Shown here: in pieces, positions 48,336 through 58,503 of the stretch
Layout: each line of letters opens with the position of its first letter
Position numbering within the stretch: the first letter of the stretch is position 1
From: Acidobacteriota bacterium
GTDB lineage: Bacteria; Acidobacteriota; UBA890; WLXD01
Direction of reading: 5' to 3'
DNA length: 64,000 nucleotides
Assembly: GCA_963666055.2 (NCBI GenBank)
Contig: CAXWPH010000015.1
Location: 544,001 to 608,000 of the forward strand
Made by a program: the position numbers and the translations under genes
The notes under the pieces: generated by a model
What the model was told of the DNA's origin: nothing
Seen by the model: only the letters and a program-made list of their open reading frames with translations
Database searches by the model: none

Positions 48336-49943
48336 ATGTCATCTGCACACCGTGGGCGCCGCTCGCAAGGGCACGAGCAGAAGAAAGAGAAGGCCGCCCG
48401 CACACCAACCCTGGTGCCATCGCTGCGGGTGTTCGGCATACCGTCGTCGTTAGCGCTCGGACTCTTGGCGCTCTCCTTTGTACCTCGCCTCTACGATCAG
48501 CCGGTGCTCGCCCGGTCGCTCTGGGGCGCAGCAGCGGTGCTGCTGATCTGGCAGGTCGTGCTCATCGGAAGCCTCAGGCGCTCCGGCGTCGGCCGATCGT
48601 TGCACACGGTTTTGCGGCCGCAACACTACGCGCAGGCGATGGTTCAGGCGGCCGTGTTCGTCTACTGGGGCTACTACTGGCGGCCTGTCTACGACTACGC
48701 CTGGCTCCTGGTGGCGCAGCTGGTGTTCGCCTATGCCTTCGACATGCTGCTGACATGGTCGCGTCGTGACAGCTACGGGCTCGGCTTCAGTCCGTTTCCG
48801 ATCATATTCAGCACCAACCTGTTTCTTTGGTTCAGGGACGATTGGTTCTACCTGCAGTTCCTGATGGTTGCCGTCGGCTTCCTCGGAAAGGAGTTCGTGC
48901 GCTGGCGCCGTGACAACAGGCGAACGCACATTTTCAACCCGTCGGCCTTCTCGCTCGGGCTGTTCTCGGTGGTGTTGATCGTCACCAACACCACCGAGCT
49001 CACCTGGGGACAGGACATTGCGACGACCCTGACGCTGGCGCCGAGGATCTATCTGTTCCTGTTCCTGCTGGGGTTGGTGGTCATGTACTTATTCTCGATC
49101 ACGCTCGTCGCCGGGGGCGCCGCGGTCGCGCTCTTCGGGTCGAGCGCGCTGTATTGGGGGTGGACCGGGGTCCCCTATTTCGTCGATTCGGAGATACCCA
49201 CCGCCGTCTTTCTCGGGCTCCATCTGCTGGTGACCGATCCGTCCACGTCGCCCAGAACACCACTCGGCAAGGCCCTGTTCGGCGTGTTGTACGGGTTGGG
49301 GGTGTTCGGCCTCTATGCCCTGCTCGGGGCATTCGGCGCCCCGACGTTCTACGACAAGCTGCTGTGCGTGCCGCTCTTGAACCTCGGCGTACAACGCATC
49401 GACCGCCTGGCCCGCTTTCTCGAGCAGTCCCCTGCCGCGCAGAGCTGGGGAAAATGGGCGCCGCTGCGCCGCAATGCGGCTCACATGGCTGTCTGGATCG
49501 CCTTCTTCGCCGCCGTGACGGCGACCGGTTCGACCGACGGCATGCACCCCGGCGATACCCTGCCCTTCTGGCAGCAAGCCTGCGCCGAGGGCCGACGAAA
49601 TGCCTGTGATCAGCTGCTGCAGATTGAGACCTCGTACTGCGGCGACAACTCGGCATGGGCATGCAACGAGCTGGGAAGACACTACCGGGCCGCGGAATTG
49701 GTAGCGCCCGATGACGAGCGCGCGCGGGGCTTCTTCTCGCGAGCCTGCGAGCTGCGCTACCTACCCGCTTGCTTCAACCTACTTGATCCCGGCGGTTCCT
49801 ATCGGACCGAACCGCGCCACATCGACCTGCGGCTGCTGCTGCGTGAGGGCGGAGCGAACCTGCTCGAGATGCCGGAAGAAGAGCTGCTCGCTCGCGCCTG
49901 TGCACACCACTGGACCTTCGCGTGTGGTGAGGGCGCACGGTAA
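48336..49943 (+). CDS. Polytopic membrane protein (UnbU/RnfD-like) with C-terminal Cys-rich Sel1-like repeats
   Basis: HIFNPSAF and TDPSTSP motifs; ACNELG..ACEL..AC repeats. Confidence 0.65.
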   Translation: MSSAHRGRRSQGHEQKKEKAARTPTLVPSLRVFGIPSSLALGLLALSFVPRLYDQPVLARSLWGAAAVLLIWQVVLIGSLRRSGVGRSLHTVLRPQHYAQAMVQAAVFVYWGYYWRPVYDYAWLLVAQLVFAYAFDMLLTWSRRDSYGLGFSPFPIIFSTNLFLWFRDDWFYLQFLMVAVGFLGKEFVRWRRDNRRTHIFNPSAFSLGLFSVVLIVTNTTELTWGQDIATTLTLAPRIYLFLFLLGLVVMYLFSITLVAGGAAVALFGSSALYWGWTGVPYFVDSEIPTAVFLGLHLLVTDPSTSPRTPLGKALFGVLYGLGVFGLYALLGAFGAPTFYDKLLCVPLLNLGVQRIDRLARFLEQSPAAQSWGKWAPLRRNAAHMAVWIAFFAAVTATGSTDGMHPGDTLPFWQQACAEGRRNACDQLLQIETSYCGDNSAWACNELGRHYRAAELVAPDDERARGFFSRACELRYLPACFNLLDPGGSYRTEPRHIDLRLLLREGGANLLEMPEEELLARACAHHWTFACGEGAR

Positions 49944-50884
49944 TGCGGTCAACTGCCGGCGGGCGGCGCGTACGGCTGCTGGCGACTGCCCTGATCGTCA
50001 TCGGAGCAGTTGCCTGTAACCGCCCGCTGTCGGAGGTCGAGGGCGGGCAGGCACCATCCACAGCCAATCTCTCAGAGCTTCCCGGGTTTCGCGCCGACGC
50101 CTGGTTTCTGCCCGACGACGAGCTCCTCGGGTTCGTGGAAATCCCGGCCGGGCAGTTCGTCATGGGCAGCGACGCGGCGATCGATGCGCTGGCCTTTGCC
50201 AACGAGCGCTGGAGCGACGGAAGTGCCCAGGGGACGGTTGACCTTCCGGCCTTCTACATCGGCCGCTACGAAGTCACCGTGGCGCAGTTCAGCGCGTTCG
50301 TGCAGGCAACGGGGTTCAGGGTCGACGGGCGTGCCCTGCAGGCTCCTCCCGATCACCCCGTGACCTGGATCTCATGGCCGGATGCCCTCGCCTACTGCCG
50401 GTGGCTCGAGGCAGCTCTCGGACAATGGCCTCGAGCACCGCGGCAGCTCAGCCGTGCGCTTGACGCCGGCTGGCGCATCGAGCTACCGAGCGAAGCGGAG
50501 TGGGAGAAGGCGGCGCGCGGAACGGATGGTCGGATCTATCCATGGGGGAACAGGCTGGCGCCGGCGCCGGCCAACTACCGAGGCATGGCGACGACAGCGG
50601 TGGGCAGCTTCGACTGCCCGGAGTGCGCCTTCGGTCTCTTCGACATGAGCGGCAATGTTTGGGAGCTGACGCGCAGCCCGTACCAGCCATACCCGTACGA
50701 CCCCACCGACGACCGAGAAGATCTTGAAGCGGATGCCCTGTGGGTCATGCGTGGCGGCCATTTCGGCGATCCTGAGCAGAACATTCGCGCCGCCGCTCGC
50801 GGTGGCGTCGACCCTGGTGCGCGCCGTCCCTTTATCGGGTTCCGCGTGGTGATCGTTCCCACGGTTTCCACTCGATACCCATGA
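49943..50884 (+). CDS. Formylglycine-generating-enzyme-fold (SUMF1-like) lipoprotein
   Basis: Lipobox AVAC; YEVTVAQF, LPSEAEWEKAARG, YPWG, GLFDMSGNVWE, IGFR. Confidence 0.9.
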   Translation: MRSTAGGRRVRLLATALIVIGAVACNRPLSEVEGGQAPSTANLSELPGFRADAWFLPDDELLGFVEIPAGQFVMGSDAAIDALAFANERWSDGSAQGTVDLPAFYIGRYEVTVAQFSAFVQATGFRVDGRALQAPPDHPVTWISWPDALAYCRWLEAALGQWPRAPRQLSRALDAGWRIELPSEAEWEKAARGTDGRIYPWGNRLAPAPANYRGMATTAVGSFDCPECAFGLFDMSGNVWELTRSPYQPYPYDPTDDREDLEADALWVMRGGHFGDPEQNIRAAARGGVDPGARRPFIGFRVVIVPTVSTRYP

Positions 50885-52844
50885 CGTGCTTCTGCATCCA
50901 CCTGATCTCTTCGATATCACGCCTGCGCTGGTGCCTCGGTTCACGGAAGCCGTGGGGCTCGCGCGGAAAGCTCACGTAGCGCACCGGCGCCTTGCCGATG
51001 TCCTTGAGCGCGGTGAAGAACAGCATGCTCTGTTGGGGAGTGCTGACCAGATCGCGCTCCCCGTGCAGTAGCAGCGTTGCGGTTGTCACGTCCTTCACGT
51101 ACCAGAGGGACGACACCCGGCGCCACTCCTGTGGGTTGACCCAGTGGGCTCCGCCAATGTAGTGGAGGCGGAGATCGTAGCTCAACCCGGGTCCCGTTTC
51201 CGCCGTCCAACTTCCCACCATGGCACCCAGGACCGCTGCCTTGAAGCGGTCGGTTTGGGTGATAACCCAGCTGCCTAGGATCCCTCCCCAACTCCAACCG
51301 CGTAGCCCCAACCGGTCGGGATCGACCTGGCGCTCGTCGATCAGGTAGTCGACGCCGGTCATCACGTCGTCGTACTCGCCACCTCCGACATCGCCCATGA
51401 GCGCGGTCAGAAGCTCGTCGCCGTAGCTGTCGCTACCGCGAATGTTCGGTCCAAACGAGGCGTACCCGAGGCCGGCGAAGACATGGAAGTCGGGCCAGAA
51501 CTCGTTGGCGAAATGGCCAGGTGGGCCACCGTGGATGTCGAGTATCAGCGGGACCTTGGACCCCCGCTGGGAGATTCCGGGTCGGTAAAAGACTCCTTCG
51601 ATCTCCATCCCGTCCTTGCTCGCCCAGCGCACGATCTCGGCATCCGCCAGCATGATCTCCTTCTCGATCCACGGATTGGCACGGGTCAACCGAACAGGGT
51701 CGAGCTGCTCGACCGCAGAGGCGTATAGATCGGTCGGGGTCTCGAAGTCGTTGAACGAGTAGACCATCCGCGTTCGATCTTCAGAGAAGTCGAGGGCGCG
51801 GAGCGTACCGGTGACGCTCGTGATGTCGGTTACCCGTCCAGTCTGCACATCGACGCGGTAGAGATTGCTGTTGGTGCGACGCGTCTCAGTGAATAGCAAG
51901 CTCTCGCTGTTTGGCGTCCAGGTAAGGCCAGAGATCTGGCCCTGCTGCTGACCTTCCAGCTTCTTCTTGTCACCCGTATCGACATCCATGACCCAGATAA
52001 AGCCGTGGGTGAGGTCGTATCCGGCGTCGGTGGGAGCGTGATACGCGACCGATCTTCCGTCCGGCGCCCACACGGCGCTCCGCTCGGGAGCGTTGTTGTG
52101 AGTCAGCCGAACGACCTGCCGGCTTCGCGTGTCGACGAGGTAAAGCTCGGACAAGTGGTGGTAGTTGTCGAGGTCTTGCCGCATTGCCGCAAACACCACG
52201 CGGCTGCCATCTGGCGACACATCGAACTCACTGATGATGAGCTCCTCCTCGGTCAGACGTGTCTCCTCCTTCGACGAAAGGCTGAATGCCCACAGGTTGC
52301 GCCAAGCAGCCTGCTGTCTGCCGTTCGCACCCTCGCGAACATAGAACGCGTCCGACCCCCGGTCGTATTCTTCCTGCTCCTCGTCGCTCCTCGCTTCGTC
52401 GGCGCTGAACAGTATTTGGCTGGCGTCGGAGGCCCACTGATACGTGGCGATACTGTTCTGGTGTCTGGTGAGTTGGTGAGCCTCACCACCAGAAACGCTC
52501 ATCAGGAAGATCTGCTGATCACCCTCGACGGGCCGCAGAAAGGACAGGTGCCTGCCGTCGGGGGAGAACCGAAACGCGCTGCCGCCCGCCTCCCCGATGA
52601 ACTCCGTCGCCGCCCCGCCGTCGGCGGCCGTCAGGTAGTGCCTTTGCCTTCTCTCGTTCTGGTCCCAGTCAAGCTCGGATTTCGAGAAGAAAACCCATTC
52701 ACCGCTGGGAGACATTCGAACGTTCTGAAGACGAACCATATTCAAGGCGTCGTCAACCGTCATCGGGCGACGCACGACATCCTGCGCGAAGAGACTTGTG
52801 GCGGTGAGGGCGCTGGCGATCACCGCAACGATGACGTTCCTCAT
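50832..52844 (-). CDS. S9 family (acylaminoacyl) peptidase, exported
   Basis: Propeller domain plus IHGGP, GWSWGG, HGERD, EPHG. Confidence 0.93.
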   Translation of the reverse strand: MRNVIVAVIASALTATSLFAQDVVRRPMTVDDALNMVRLQNVRMSPSGEWVFFSKSELDWDQNERRQRHYLTAADGGAATEFIGEAGGSAFRFSPDGRHLSFLRPVEGDQQIFLMSVSGGEAHQLTRHQNSIATYQWASDASQILFSADEARSDEEQEEYDRGSDAFYVREGANGRQQAAWRNLWAFSLSSKEETRLTEEELIISEFDVSPDGSRVVFAAMRQDLDNYHHLSELYLVDTRSRQVVRLTHNNAPERSAVWAPDGRSVAYHAPTDAGYDLTHGFIWVMDVDTGDKKKLEGQQQGQISGLTWTPNSESLLFTETRRTNSNLYRVDVQTGRVTDITSVTGTLRALDFSEDRTRMVYSFNDFETPTDLYASAVEQLDPVRLTRANPWIEKEIMLADAEIVRWASKDGMEIEGVFYRPGISQRGSKVPLILDIHGGPPGHFANEFWPDFHVFAGLGYASFGPNIRGSDSYGDELLTALMGDVGGGEYDDVMTGVDYLIDERQVDPDRLGLRGWSWGGILGSWVITQTDRFKAAVLGAMVGSWTAETGPGLSYDLRLHYIGGAHWVNPQEWRRVSSLWYVKDVTTATLLLHGERDLVSTPQQSMLFFTALKDIGKAPVRYVSFPREPHGFREPRHQRRRDIEEIRWMQKHVMGIEWKPWERSPRGTR

Positions 52845-52995
52845 TGGCCTACTCCTGTCGAAAACGCGCCTCATGACCAATGTGGTCATCTTGCCGGCCT
52901 ACGGTGTCGCAGTGCCGAGCGCCAGATTACCTACGCCGTCCGTGGGTCGCTCGAAAAAACGGGAGCCTGGCTCCGCAGAAGCCAGGCTCGATCAG

Positions 52996-54411
52996 CTACT
53001 CGGCTCGCGCCAAATCCACCACGACGTCCCACATGAATCGGACGAAGCGGTGTAGCTCCTCTACCAAGATCCGCTCCTGGTCGCTGTGCGCCCCGAATCC
53101 TTTCGGGCCGTCTTCCCGGTCGATCGCCGGGCCAACGCCATAACACTGGATTCCCTTGGCGCGCAGGTACGCCATGTCGGTGGCGCCCGTCTGCATCATC
53201 GGCAGGGTAACGGTGTCGTAATGCTTGCTGATATTGGCTTCGATGGTATGGAAGGCTTCGGTGTCGAGGCGCGCCGCGCCCGGCGGGCGGGCGTTGCGCT
53301 GACCGAGCGAGACCTCCACCGCCGGGTCGTCGATCACCCTACGGATCTCATCGAGAAACGCCGCAATGTCCTCGTCTGGGAGGGCGCGTAGGTCAACCGA
53401 ACCGCGGGCGTCGGAGGGAATGATGTTGATCCGATAGCCGGCATCGATGATCGTCGGTGACAGTGACGACCGTACCATCGAGGCGTGGCGCGGCTCATGC
53501 TCGAGGAAGTACTCGTCTGCCGCCCTCGCGGTCTCCGGGTCGAGCACCTGCAGGTAGCGTGCCGCCGCCTCCGGCTCCGAGATCGTTGCCAGCCGACGGA
53601 AGTACTCGCTGGTGGTCTCATTCAAGCGGATCGGACTACGCCAGTCGGCGATCGCCGCGATCGCTTTGGACAAGTGCGCCACCGGATTGGTCTTCAGCGG
53701 TACGGAACCGTGACCGGCAACTCCGCGGGCTACCAGTTCGACGCGATAGGGGATTTTCTCGACTGTCTCTACGGAGGCGTAGCGCACCGCCCCCGAGACG
53801 CGCGTAACGCTACCTCCCTCTGCCAGGCAGTACTCGGCCGCGATCTCGTCGAGGTGATTGTTGACCATGAACTCGATCCCGTACTGCGTACTCCCCTCCT
53901 CGCCCGACTCGGCCAGGAAGATGACATCGCGCTGCAGCGCTACCTCTCGGCGGGCAAGCTCGAGCATGACCATCAGGCCGGCAACGACGTTGTCCTTGTC
54001 ATCGACCGTGCCGCGGCTGTAGATGTAGCCGTCGGCCAGCGTGCCGCTGAATGGCGGGTAGGTCCACTTCTCGGGATCGACGTTTACCGTGTCGGTATGC
54101 CCCATGATCAGCAGCGGCGGTTTCGCTCCCGATCCACGGAGGCGCGCTACGACATTGGGGCGGTTATCGTCGGTGGCGAACATCCGCACAGCGATACCCT
54201 CGGCCTCGAGGACGTCTCTGATGTACTCCGCCGCCGGCCGTTCGATGCCGAGTGGGTCGCTGGTATCGAATCGCAACAGCGCCTGGAAGTGGCGCAGGGT
54301 CTCCGCTTCGAAAGCCGCCAGATCCGGCTCAACTCTCTGTGCCAGAACGGGCGGCTGCGCAAGAACCGACAACGACAACAGAATCGCAAAACACGCGGCG
54401 AGTCTCTTCAT
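52996..54411 (-). CDS. M20/M25/M40 family metallopeptidase, exported
   Basis: GHTDTV, RGTVDDK, GEE, GHGS, GATD, AHSDQER. Confidence 0.92.
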   Translation of the reverse strand: MKRLAACFAILLSLSVLAQPPVLAQRVEPDLAAFEAETLRHFQALLRFDTSDPLGIERPAAEYIRDVLEAEGIAVRMFATDDNRPNVVARLRGSGAKPPLLIMGHTDTVNVDPEKWTYPPFSGTLADGYIYSRGTVDDKDNVVAGLMVMLELARREVALQRDVIFLAESGEEGSTQYGIEFMVNNHLDEIAAEYCLAEGGSVTRVSGAVRYASVETVEKIPYRVELVARGVAGHGSVPLKTNPVAHLSKAIAAIADWRSPIRLNETTSEYFRRLATISEPEAAARYLQVLDPETARAADEYFLEHEPRHASMVRSSLSPTIIDAGYRINIIPSDARGSVDLRALPDEDIAAFLDEIRRVIDDPAVEVSLGQRNARPPGAARLDTEAFHTIEANISKHYDTVTLPMMQTGATDMAYLRAKGIQCYGVGPAIDREDGPKGFGAHSDQERILVEELHRFVRFMWDVVVDLARAE

Positions 54412-55451
54412 GTCGCAACACTACCAAGGCCGCGGTCGCCGGGCTCGCCGTGCACCACATCTACGAGCGCCTGAACGCTCTCCAGCGGCGTGGCCGGCTG
54501 AATGCCGTGTCCGAGGTTGACGACATGACCCAGCGAAGGAACGCGCGCCAGCAGATCAGCTGCGGCGGCGCGAGTCGCATCCGGCCCCGCCAAGAGGACG
54601 GCGGGGTCGATGTTGCCCTGCAGCGCCTTGGCTGGGCCGATCTGCTCGCGTACGGCCCCGAGATCGACCTTCCAGTCGAGCGAGAAGCACTCGGCGGGCA
54701 GCTCCAAGACCGAGTCGAGCAAATGGGCGCTGTCCTGAAAGTAGAGAATTCGAGGCACCTCGGCCCGGCGCAGCTCATGCAGCAGATCGCGAAGGTGTGG
54801 CCGGACAAGACGGTGCCAATCGCGACGCGACAACAGCCCGCCCCACGAGTCGAAGACCTGTACCGCTTGGGCCCCAGCTTTCGCCTGTTCGATCAGGAAG
54901 GCGGCGGCAAGACGCGTGAGCTTGGCAAGCAATACCTCGAACGTTCGCGGATCTCCGGCCGCCATCGCCCGCAACAGGGGGAACCCTCTGACACCGCGTC
55001 CCTCGACCAGGTAGGCGGCCAGGGAAAGAGGGGCTCCTGCGAAGCCGAGGAGCGCCACATCCTCGCCTAGCTGACGTCGAACCAGGCGCAGTGTCTCGAT
55101 CACGGTGGGTCCGATCTCGGCGGCATCCGGTTCGGGCAGCGCCGCGACATCGGCCGGTGTCCGAATCGGCTGATCCAGCACCGGGCCGGGGTCGAACCGC
55201 ACCGATATGCCCAGCGCCGGGATCGGACTCATCAAGTCTGCAAAGATGATCGCCGCATCCAGCGGGTACCGTTTGAGCGGCAGCAGCGTCACCTCCGCGG
55301 CGAGCTCGGGTGAGCCGGCGAGCTGCTCGAAGCTGTGCTCCTTGCGCATGGCGCGGTACTCGGGCAGGTAGCGTCCCGCCTGGCGCATGATCCACAACGG
55401 CCTTCGAGCGGTGGGCTCGCCGCGCAACGCGGACAGCAGCAGATTGCTCAA
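54408..55451 (-). CDS. hemE: Uroporphyrinogen decarboxylase
   Basis: WIMRQAGRYLPEY, DAAIIFAD, QVFDSW, QGNIDP, NLGHGI; TTG start overlaps the regulator stop. Confidence 0.95.
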   Translation of the reverse strand: MSNLLLSALRGEPTARRPLWIMRQAGRYLPEYRAMRKEHSFEQLAGSPELAAEVTLLPLKRYPLDAAIIFADLMSPIPALGISVRFDPGPVLDQPIRTPADVAALPEPDAAEIGPTVIETLRLVRRQLGEDVALLGFAGAPLSLAAYLVEGRGVRGFPLLRAMAAGDPRTFEVLLAKLTRLAAAFLIEQAKAGAQAVQVFDSWGGLLSRRDWHRLVRPHLRDLLHELRRAEVPRILYFQDSAHLLDSVLELPAECFSLDWKVDLGAVREQIGPAKALQGNIDPAVLLAGPDATRAAAADLLARVPSLGHVVNLGHGIQPATPLESVQALVDVVHGEPGDRGLGSVAT

Positions 55452-56164
55452 TCTTCCAACCCCTGCGGCGTGAATCGGTAACCCACGCCGCGCACCGTAT
55501 GGAAGTAGCGAGGTTCCTGCGGGTTGGGCTCGAAACGCTTGCGCAGCCGGACGATGAAGTTGTCGATCGTGCGCGAGGAAGGATACAGGTCGTAGCCCCA
55601 CACCTTGTCGAGGATCTCTTCGCGGGAAACCACCTCTCCGGCGCGTTCCGCCAGCGCCTTGAGGATCATCGCTTCCTTTTGGGTCAGCGTTTGTTCGCCG
55701 CCATGCCAAGAGCGTCCTTCGAACGTCCTCAGATCGAACTCGTTGTCTCCGAAGCGAATGACAGCGCCCCCAAAGGGCATCACGTCATACCATCGGCGGC
55801 GACGCAGTATGGCGCCCACACGTAGCAGGAACTCTTGCAGGTGAAAGGGCTTGGGAAGGTAATCATCACCCCCGGCCGCCAGCCCCTGGATCCGATCGTC
55901 AACCGAATCCTTGGCGCTCAGGAACAGCACGGGCACATCGCGGCCCTTATCGCGCGCCTCCTCACAGACCGCGAAGCCGTCGAGCCCGGGAAGCATCACG
56001 TCGAGCACCACGAGGTCATAGCCGACCTCGAGAATGCGATCGAGCGCATCGCGCCCGTCGGCGATCGTCTCCACCAGATACCCCTCGGCCTCCAGGTTCT
56101 CGGCGATGCCAGCGGCCAGATGAGGCTCGTCCTCCACAACGAGAATCAACGGTGCGGTGCTCAC
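55448..56164 (-). CDS. OmpR/PhoB family response regulator
   Basis: VEDE, LDVMLPG, DDYLPKPF, LTQKE, RTIDNFIVRLRK, TVRGVGY. Confidence 0.95.
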   Translation of the reverse strand: MSTAPLILVVEDEPHLAAGIAENLEAEGYLVETIADGRDALDRILEVGYDLVVLDVMLPGLDGFAVCEEARDKGRDVPVLFLSAKDSVDDRIQGLAAGGDDYLPKPFHLQEFLLRVGAILRRRRWYDVMPFGGAVIRFGDNEFDLRTFEGRSWHGGEQTLTQKEAMILKALAERAGEVVSREEILDKVWGYDLYPSSRTIDNFIVRLRKRFEPNPQEPRYFHTVRGVGYRFTPQGLED

Positions 56165-56221
56165 GACACAATCTCTGGCTGGCAGCGCATTGCAAGTGAC
56201 CGACGCAGTGGCGCGGCGTCT

Positions 56222-57511
56222 CTATTTCTCCGACCCAGAGGCAAGAGCAATCGCCAACGCCTCGGCCAGTCGCCCGATGTGGTCCTCGGTATGCGCCAGC
56301 GAAAGGAATCCCACCTCGTACGCGGACGGCGCCAGGGCGATCCCCTGATCAACGAGTTGGCGGAAGAAGGAACTGTACGTGCCCGCAGCCCGAGCGTCGA
56401 TCTCCGCAGCTGCCCGTGGTGGTTGGCTGGCGTGAAACGCCAGCCAGAAGATCGAACCGAGACGCACGAGCCGGGCGGCAACCGGGGAACGTTCGAGGAC
56501 CGGCACGACCGCTTGATCTAGAGCCTGCCCGAGCTCCTCGAGCCGGTCCCAGCCGTGGTCGCGCTCCAGGATGCGCAGCGTCGTCAGGCCAGCCGCCATG
56601 GCTACGGGATTGCCCGAAAGCGTGCCGGCCTGGTAAACGGGCCCCTCGGGAGCAAGGTGGCTCATGACTTCGCGCCGGCCGCCGAACGCCCCCACCGGCA
56701 TACCGCCCCCGATGACCTTGCCAAAAGCGGCGAGATCCGGCGTGATGCCATAGTGCTCGGCGGCGCCGCCCTTGCCGAGGCGAAAACCCGTGATCACCTC
56801 GTCGAAGATCAGCAGAGCGCCGCAACGCTCGGTCTCGCGACGCAGCGCGGCCAGAAACTCTGGTCGCTGCAGCAGCAGGCCGTTGTTCGCTGGTACGGGT
56901 TCGATGATGACCGCGGCAATAGCGTCCCCTTCATCGCGAAGCAGATCCGCCGCACGGGCGGTGTCGTCGAGCGGCAGCACCCTGGTATGAGCAACGAAGT
57001 CGTCCGGCACGCCAGCTGACGAGGGCGTCCCGAAGGTCGCGAGTCCGGAGCCAGCCTCCACGAGAAGGTGATCGGCGTGCCCGTGGTAGCACCCCGAGAA
57101 CTTGACGATCAGATCTCGACCGGTAGCGCCTCGCGCCAGGCGGATCGCGCTCATCGTGGCCTCGGTTCCCGATGACACGCATCGCACCTGCTCTAGGCCA
57201 GGGTAGGCGGCGACGACGTGCTCGGCCAGCTCGATCTCTGCACGACAGGGAGCACCGTACGTGGTTCCGCGCGCCGCCGACTCGCAGATGGTAGCCACCA
57301 CCTCGGGGTGTGCGTGACCGAGGATCAGAGGGCCCCACGAGCAGACAAAATCGAGGAACGAACGGCCATCCTCATCGACAATCTCGGCCCCGGCCGCGCT
57401 TCGGATCACCAGCGGCTCACCGCCGACAGCACGAAAAGCCCGCACTGGTGAGTTGACGCCGCTGGGCAGGATCCGGAGTGCGCGTTCGAAAAGAGCTTCG
57501 TTTTGGCTCAG
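56222..57511 (-). CDS. hemL: Glutamate-1-semialdehyde 2,1-aminomutase
   Basis: GVNSPVRAF, SWGPLILGH, SGTEATM, DEVITGFR, GKVIGGGMP, YQAGTLSGNP; start uncertain (CTG 57511). Confidence 0.95.
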   Translation of the reverse strand: MSQNEALFERALRILPSGVNSPVRAFRAVGGEPLVIRSAAGAEIVDEDGRSFLDFVCSWGPLILGHAHPEVVATICESAARGTTYGAPCRAEIELAEHVVAAYPGLEQVRCVSSGTEATMSAIRLARGATGRDLIVKFSGCYHGHADHLLVEAGSGLATFGTPSSAGVPDDFVAHTRVLPLDDTARAADLLRDEGDAIAAVIIEPVPANNGLLLQRPEFLAALRRETERCGALLIFDEVITGFRLGKGGAAEHYGITPDLAAFGKVIGGGMPVGAFGGRREVMSHLAPEGPVYQAGTLSGNPVAMAAGLTTLRILERDHGWDRLEELGQALDQAVVPVLERSPVAARLVRLGSIFWLAFHASQPPRAAAEIDARAAGTYSSFFRQLVDQGIALAPSAYEVGFLSLAHTEDHIGRLAEALAIALASGSEK

Positions 57512-58503
57512 ATCCAGCCTCCAGCGAGCGCATCGCGAGCATGATAGGTGATCACGATGTCGGCTCCGGCGCGGCGTATCGCGTGCAGGTTCTCGCTTAC
57601 GATTCGGCGTTCGTCGAGCCAACCCGCCGCGGCAGCCGCCTTCACAGAGGAGTACTCGCCGGAGACGTTGTAGGCAACAAGCGGAAGTCGGCTTGCTGCT
57701 CGCACCCGGGCGATCACGTCCAGGTAGGCGAGCGCCGGTTTCACCATGAGCATGTCGGCACCCTCCTCCTCGTCAAGAAGCGCCTCGCGTACGGCCTCGT
57801 CGACGTTGCGCGGGTCCATCTGGTAGGAGCAGCGATCGCCGTGCCCGGGCGCCGATTCGGCCGCGTCACGGAACGGTCCGTAGTATGCGGAGGCGAACTT
57901 GGCTGAATACGACATGATCCCGGTTGCGGTGAGCCCGCGCTCGTCGAGAGCATCCCGGATCGCTGCCACGCGTCCGTCCATCATGTCCGAGGGCGCCACC
58001 AGATCGGCGCCCGCTTCGGCGTGTGAAACGGCCATCGCGGCGAGCGGGGCCAGCGAGCTGTCGTTGTCGACCTGGCCATCGCTGGTCAGCAGGCCACAGT
58101 GGCCATGGTCGGTGTAGGCGCACAGGCATACGTCGGTAACCACGACGAGATCGTCGCCGAACTTTGCCTTGGCCTCGCGTACGGCACGAGCCACCGGAGC
58201 TTGCGGATCGGCCGCCGCGGCACCGTCGGGCCCCTTGCTCTCTGGGCCAGGAACACCGAAGAGAAGCACCGTGCGAATCCCCAGCGCCAGGTCCGTCTCG
58301 ATCTGCGCCAGCAGCTCGGCTCGGCCGAGGCGCGAGATACCCGGCATCGACGCGATGGGTTCCTCCCCATGCTCGCCGGGGAGCACGAAGTGCGGCATGA
58401 CGAGATTGTCGGCGCTCACTCGGGTCTCGGCAACGAGATTCCGCAATGCGGCCGTCCGACGTGTCCGACGAGGGCGCTTTCGGCCCGGCAACGTTGTGCT
58501 CAT
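57508..58503 (-). CDS. hemB: Porphobilinogen synthase (Zn-type)
   Basis: DVCLCAYTDHGHCG, APSDMMDGR, YGPFRDA, MVKPA, YNVSGEY. Confidence 0.97.
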   Translation of the reverse strand: MSTTLPGRKRPRRTRRTAALRNLVAETRVSADNLVMPHFVLPGEHGEEPIASMPGISRLGRAELLAQIETDLALGIRTVLLFGVPGPESKGPDGAAAADPQAPVARAVREAKAKFGDDLVVVTDVCLCAYTDHGHCGLLTSDGQVDNDSSLAPLAAMAVSHAEAGADLVAPSDMMDGRVAAIRDALDERGLTATGIMSYSAKFASAYYGPFRDAAESAPGHGDRCSYQMDPRNVDEAVREALLDEEEGADMLMVKPALAYLDVIARVRAASRLPLVAYNVSGEYSSVKAAAAAGWLDERRIVSENLHAIRRAGADIVITYHARDALAGGWI

